Of a DNA stretch of 64,000 nucleotides, positions 60,020-64,000 are shown in pieces. The notes beneath the pieces are model-generated. The model had not been told where the DNA came from. It worked only from the letters and a program-made list of their open reading frames with translations, and searched no databases. Location of the stretch: the IMG/VR virus record IMGVR_UViG_3300023179_000016, positions 1-64,000 of that record; one strand, given 5' to 3'. The DNA comes from a virus. How positions within the stretch are numbered: position 1 is the stretch's first letter; each line of letters begins with the position of its first letter. The position numbers and the translations under genes are program-made.

Positions 60020-60233
60020 TTAGTTTCTCCATAACATTGGCAGGGAGCATCTTTTCGTCTTCTAAAAAGACGTAATCGTACCCATCCGCGTGTTTCATCA
60101 GGTCTTCTTTTAACGAGCGAATGTCGGAGCTTATCCACTGTCCTAGAACCTGACCGTCTTCAGTGACACACACACCAACCACGTCCCAACCCGGGCTGGA
60201 CCCAAAGATCGGAAATCCATAAGCCTTCTTCAT
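60003..60233 (-). CDS. Non-repeat gene embedded in the array
   Basis: MKKAYGFP start supplied by repeat A; lacks both motifs. Confidence 0.6.
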   Translation of the reverse strand: MKKAYGFPIFGSSPGWDVVGVCVTEDGQVLGQWISSDIRSLKEDLMKHADGYDYVFLEDEKMLPANVMEKLNEHKT

Positions 60234-60565
60234 GCTTCCCTCCCCTCCAGCGCGGCACGGGCTGCACACTGCAGGCACCCCTGGTCGGAATAGCTGCACC
60301 GCTCATCGTGCCCACGGACCATTTCTTTCAGCGCCTCTCGCAGTCGTGCATTCTCAGACCGAAGCATAATTACCTCGTTAAGCCACTGCGGTGGCTCAAT
60401 AATGAGGTAAGACATACCCGCCCTTGTCCCCGGTGGATCGGACAAATGAATTTGTAAAGGCTCTGATGAGGCCAGTACGCAAGCATGGTCCTGAAGCGTG
60501 TTCAGTGAAACTTCTGCACCGCAGCGGGAGCATTTCCCAATTTTGTCGTTTGTAAAAAGGCTCAT
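60230..60565 (-). CDS. Array unit 2
   Basis: MSLFTN...ENARLREAL...ARAALEGREA. Confidence 0.7.
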   Translation of the reverse strand: MSLFTNDKIGKCSRCGAEVSLNTLQDHACVLASSEPLQIHLSDPPGTRAGMSYLIIEPPQWLNEVIMLRSENARLREALKEMVRGHDERCSYSDQGCLQCAARAALEGREA

Positions 60566-60804
60566 TTCCCCTCCAGCGCGGCGCGGGCGATATTTCCGAG
60601 CGTGCAATCGCAGAATCGAGCAGCGTCCAGCGGTGGGTTATCCCGCGAGGCGCAATCGTGGAAATGCGTGTAAGCGTACTCCTCCAGCGCCTCCCGAAGC
60701 CGGGCATTTTCAGCTTCAAGCTCTTTCATTTTTGTAGTGACTTCTTGGTTATACCGATCGGCAGAATCCAGCATGTCCTTTGTGAGATCCAATTCATCCT
60801 TCAC
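60562..60804 (-). CDS. Array unit 1
   Basis: SD AAGGAG then GTG; ENARLREAL...ARAALEGK. Confidence 0.7.
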   Translation of the reverse strand: MKDELDLTKDMLDSADRYNQEVTTKMKELEAENARLREALEEYAYTHFHDCASRDNPPLDAARFCDCTLGNIARAALEGK

Positions 60805-60993
60805 ACAAACGCTCCTTTCCGAAACTGGGGACTGGCCGCCTTATCCTTTTCCGGAGAGAGTTATGTGTGACACTACTACTCTTCGATGAAGTTTCACGAT
60901 CTTACGCGGCACCGCAGGCACTTCAAGCCTTCTGGGCCATTATATCACACTGTGCGAGATCTGTGGAGCTCTACGTAGGTGAGACTCATGGTA

Positions 60994-61206
60994 TCAACCC
61001 TTGTCTTTGCCGAGGCTGATGGGCAGCAGAGCCATCATCTCGGCGATGACCTGCTCGTCGGTCATCGGAGTGAGCTCGGGATTGGGCGTGAGCTCGGCTG
61101 GCACGTTCGGCCAGGGATACGAGGTCATCTTGAAGGGCTTGCCGGCCGCGACGCCGTACACGGTCTGTGTCTCTGTCTCAGAGTTGTAGCACGAGAGGTA
61201 TCTCAT
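60994..61206 (-). CDS. Hypothetical early-region protein
   Basis: SD AGGAG; GC3-rich codons. Confidence 0.6.
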   Translation of the reverse strand: MRYLSCYNSETETQTVYGVAAGKPFKMTSYPWPNVPAELTPNPELTPMTDEQVIAEMMALLPISLGKDKG

Positions 61207-61242
61207 ATCTTTCTCCTGTTGAGATTTAGGATCGGGATGGGT

Positions 61243-61404
61243 TCAGAGGTCCTCGACCAGATACTCGCCCTCGATCTCCAGCTCGACTGCGTAGCCCTGC
61301 TCGAGGTACTTATCTCCCACCTCGAGTGCCTGGTCGTAGGAGTCAAACCTGATGCTGGCGAACCTGGAGCACTGACCGATCTCGCGGACGTGGATGGTGT
61401 ACAT
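61243..61404 (-). CDS. 53-aa protein, not in the ORF track
   Basis: MYTIHVREIGQCSRFASIRFDSYDQALEVGDKYLEQGYAVELEIEGEYLVEDL*; SD GGAGG; promoter motif at 61425-61438. Confidence 0.65.
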   Translation of the reverse strand: MYTIHVREIGQCSRFASIRFDSYDQALEVGDKYLEQGYAVELEIEGEYLVEDL

Positions 61405-61528
61405 TCATATCCTCCATACATGGAATTATATGATCGGGATCGGGTGGGATTCGGTTATATAGTCGGCGTGGCGGTGTCGGTCGGCGAGCAGCCGGGCGGA
61501 GCTTCCTTGCTCCGCCTGCTCACTCAGG

Positions 61529-61879
61529 TTACTTGGAGTAGGCGACCACACCGTACAGTAGTCCGTTACCGGAACCATCGACTGGTTCGTCGACCATCTT
61601 GTATCCGAAAAGCTCCATGTTGTAGTTGAGTGCGTCGAGCATGTGGTCGATCCACTCGTTGAGTTCATGAGCATCGTCGGGTTTCAAGCCGTCGTCTGCG
61701 TAGTCATAGTGGACGACTATATCGCCCAACTTTATTGAAGGAAGAACTCCGTAGTTAGAGATGTTGGTCGGATCGATCGCTTCGACATACATGCTGCCAG
61801 GCATGTCACACTTGGCCTGGTGCGGAGCAGTTGACTCGAGATTGCTCACCAGTTTCACTACGGTGTTCATGTTAGCCAT
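61529..61879 (-). CDS. Acidic hypothetical cassette gene
   Basis: Leader duplicated with that of 62668-62925. Confidence 0.7.
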   Translation of the reverse strand: MANMNTVVKLVSNLESTAPHQAKCDMPGSMYVEAIDPTNISNYGVLPSIKLGDIVVHYDYADDGLKPDDAHELNEWIDHMLDALNYNMELFGYKMVDEPVDGSGNGLLYGVVAYSK

Positions 61880-61945
61880 CAGGCAGACCTCTGGGTTATG
61901 AGTTAATTATTTAACCCATCGACAATTATATATAATGTCGGTAAT
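61876..61945 (-). promoter_or_regulatory. Promoter + hairpin leader + SD, duplicated at 62922-62995
   Basis: ATTACCGACATTATATATAA...GATG(A/G)GTTAAATAATTAACTCATAACC..GAGGTCTGCCTGATG in both copies. Confidence 0.8.
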
Positions 61946-62020
61946 GAGTTTACGGGTGGCGTAGCAGTGTCAGCGAGCAGCTGGGCGGAGCTTCCTTGCT
62001 CCGCCCAACCGCAGGTCAGC

Positions 62021-62488
62021 TCAGGCCTTGAACTTCGCGGCCAGCTCTGCAGGCAGCTGGCTGAAGTCGATGGCGGGCTTCGCGGGCTTGGCGATCTCGG
62101 CACTCCTGAGGTCGATGAAGTGCTGGATCTCAGCCCTGTCGGCCGGGTCAGTCACCGTGCTGAGCAGGGCCTTGAGAGCCTTGATCTGCGGGTCGCCAGA
62201 GCCAGAGCGAGCACCAGGGTTCTTGGTGACCCAGGTAGTCCCGCCGTTGAGTCGCTGGTCCTTGCGGAGCCAGTTGTTCACGAGGCCGACCACGTACTTC
62301 TTGAGCTCCGGCTCAGAGAAGTTGGCCTTGAGGGTGATCTTACCCTCCTTGAACATGGTGACCAGCTCCGAGTGGATCTGGGCCAGCTCAGACTTGCTGG
62401 GCGTGTGAGCTCCGTTAGGAGCGAACTGAGTGCAGAAGCAGCTGACGACATTGAAGACCGCTTCCTTCTGGTTCATTGCTGCGATCAT
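62021..62488 (-). CDS. QKEAV/NWLRKDxRLNGG paralogue family protein
   Basis: SD GGAGG before ATG 62488; NWLRKDQRLNGG...IDFSQLPAELAAKF. Confidence 0.85.
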   Translation of the reverse strand: MIAAMNQKEAVFNVVSCFCTQFAPNGAHTPSKSELAQIHSELVTMFKEGKITLKANFSEPELKKYVVGLVNNWLRKDQRLNGGTTWVTKNPGARSGSGDPQIKALKALLSTVTDPADRAEIQHFIDLRSAEIAKPAKPAIDFSQLPAELAAKFKA

Positions 62489-62667
62489 GCGGGTTTCCTC
62501 CGTTGGTTGGTTGTAGGTTCGGGCGCGAGCTGTAAACTCGAGCATCATGCGCTCGACATTTACAATTAGATATAAGATCGGGGGAAGTCGGTATGCGGCC
62601 GGCGTAGCAGTGTCACGGCGCGCGGACCAAAGGGTGGGGTCGTCCATGACCCCACCGTATCAGCGAC

Positions 62668-62925
62668 TCAACCGGTCAGCAGGTCGTTCCAGTCGACTGG
62701 TACGTAGCACTCGCCGGTCTCGCGGGCGAACTCGGATGGAGTGGGTTCGCGGCCGACTCGCACGTGCTGGTCGAGCTCCTCGATGTAGACGACCGACGGT
62801 TCGGAGTCAGTGACCTCATAGAAGTACTGATCAGCGTCCGCATCCAGCATCTCCCGCTGGATTCCCTCGTGGGTGACGAGGACGGTATAGTCGGTGCACG
62901 GCACAATAGAGATGAGTTTCACCAT
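62668..62925 (-). CDS. Acidic hypothetical cassette gene
   Basis: SD GGAGG; shared leader. Confidence 0.7.
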   Translation of the reverse strand: MVKLISIVPCTDYTVLVTHEGIQREMLDADADQYFYEVTDSEPSVVYIEELDQHVRVGREPTPSEFARETGECYVPVDWNDLLTG

Positions 62926-63084
62926 CAGGCAGACCTCCAGGTTATGAGTTAATTATTTAACTCATCATTCACTTTTATATATAATGTCGGTAATAGGACA
63001 CCAGGCGTAGCAGTGTCGGTGGCTCGAGCTACCGAGCCCGCTGCGGGGCGGAGCTTCCGTGCTCCGCCCCGACCCGCTCTTCGC

Positions 63085-63522
63085 TCAGCGCTTGCCGAAC
63101 TTGGCTGCGATCTCTGCAGGCAGCTTGCTGAAGTCGACCTTGGGTCGGTTCAGCTCGGCGATCCGAGAGTCGATGTGTCGCTGGATCTCAGCTCGATCCG
63201 TCGGGTCGGTGATGGTGCTGAGCAGAGCCCTGAGCGCAGTCAGCTGGGGATCATCGACTCGGGAGGACTTGGGTTGGTGATCGACCCCACCGTTCAGCCG
63301 CTTGTCCTTTCGGAGCCAGTTGTTGAGCAACCCTGAGACATAGTTGCTCAGCTCCTTGTCGGTGTACTCCTTCCTGAGCTCGATGCTCCCGTTCCTGAAC
63401 CCCTCGAACAAGACCTGACGGATGGTTCGGGTCTGCTCAGAAGTCGGCTCGCAGACGCCGACTCCATCGAACCCGGTGATCGCGACCACTGCCTGGTAGA
63501 CTGCTTCCTTCTGGTTCATCAT
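63085..63522 (-). CDS. QKEAV/NWLRKDxRLNGG paralogue family protein
   Basis: SD GAGGAG before ATG 63522; NWLRKDKRLNGG...VDFSKLPAEIAAKF. Confidence 0.85.
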   Translation of the reverse strand: MMNQKEAVYQAVVAITGFDGVGVCEPTSEQTRTIRQVLFEGFRNGSIELRKEYTDKELSNYVSGLLNNWLRKDKRLNGGVDHQPKSSRVDDPQLTALRALLSTITDPTDRAEIQRHIDSRIAELNRPKVDFSKLPAEIAAKFGKR

Positions 63523-64000
63523 GCGATGCTCCTCATGATCCATTGTAGGATCAGTTGACACATCCATGCGTCGGGTTGATTGATATGTAATGTCAGTACA
63601 ACATCACACATCAACATGTAAGATCAGTATTTAATTAAATACCAATCATTTACATATAGATATAAGATCGGAAATCGTCGGGAAGAGATCATCCGAAAAT
63701 AGGGCCCGCCGACCTCGACTTACAAGGGATCCCTAGAGTCGGGACCGGTACACGCTGCGCGAACGCTCTCTACATGCAACTTTTTATAAAATAGGGCCCG
63801 CCACCCTTGCTCCCTAATAGGTACAATTTAACCGGTACCTCTTTTGCCTATTATATAAAAATAAACTCATGAAGACCTATCATTTTAAGAAAGACAACGA
63901 GATACACTCTAGCATACCGAGAATAAAATTAACCGCTCTGCTTCTTCTCCTGAAGATAACGACGATCAAGGACCTAAACCTAGAACACATATGACACGCG

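Larger units (their letters stand above)
59327..60714. repeat. Alternating direct repeats A (TTCCCCTCCAGCGCGGCGCGGGC) and B (AGCGCCTCCCGAAGCCGGG), five copies each
   Basis: A at 59327, 59593, 59796, 60241, 60566; B at 59429, 59683, 59910, 60330 (diverged), 60686. Confidence 0.9.

Noticed and set aside
59327-60714. CRISPR array interpretation of the alternating repeats
   Set aside because: Spacers are long and irregular, two repeat types alternate, the repeats are in-frame coding, and no cas genes are present.
60868-60879. TGACACTACTAC, and CATGCTACG at about 54798, as further motif copies
   Set aside because: One mismatch or a deletion each; cannot be told from chance.
61940-63010. GACACTGCTAC as the -35 element of the CCGA promoter
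   Set aside because: Spacing to CCGA varies (16, 19, 22 nt and more), and the element also occurs at convergent gene ends with no promoter.
57280-63336. Long + strand ORFs (57280, 57965, 60979, 61967, 63013) and minus-strand 61203-61421
   Set aside because: Antisense or off-frame shadows of GC-rich minus-strand genes; the real gene in the last case is 61243-61404.

Overview
A 64-kb segment of a large lytic (jumbo/myovirus-like) phage genome. The host is probably Gram-negative, because the phage encodes a PagL-like lipid A deacylase. 1-13.3 kb (+) holds tail-fibre, tailspike and virion genes plus membrane proteins. 13.3-57 kb is mostly minus-strand and AT-rich. It carries nucleotide metabolism and DNA-modification genes (ThyA-fold enzyme with the dCMP-type Asp, ThyX plus a degenerate ThyX, two deaminases, UDG-like, DenV-like, NrdJ, IMPDH/GMPR, RNase H, ligase, HNH), many proteases and chaperones (2 ClpP, a ClpX lacking the IGF loop, S1, S8, zincins, MoxR/VWA, Hsp20), a region-2-only sigma-like ORF and four tRNAs (Asn-GTT, Leu-TAA, Ile-TAT, Arg-TCT). 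Interspersed + strand genes share NGQW/DWSEW/LNK motifs and look like capsid-internal proteins, one being a 2H phosphoesterase. 57-63.7 kb is a visibly GC-richer region of repeated single-gene cassettes: CCGA-N-TATA promoter, gene, hairpin with a CANGGANG (CsrA/RsmA-type) loop, then a conserved GACACYGCYAC element. It contains three of five copies of an unknown paralogue family whose C-terminal DxSxLPxE tag is shared with two SutA-like RNAP-binding proteins. It also holds a tandem array of mini-genes built from two constant DNA repeats around variable Cys/His segments. A ~225-nt highly structured non-coding element follows hsp20. All calls come from reading motifs by eye; no database search was run.
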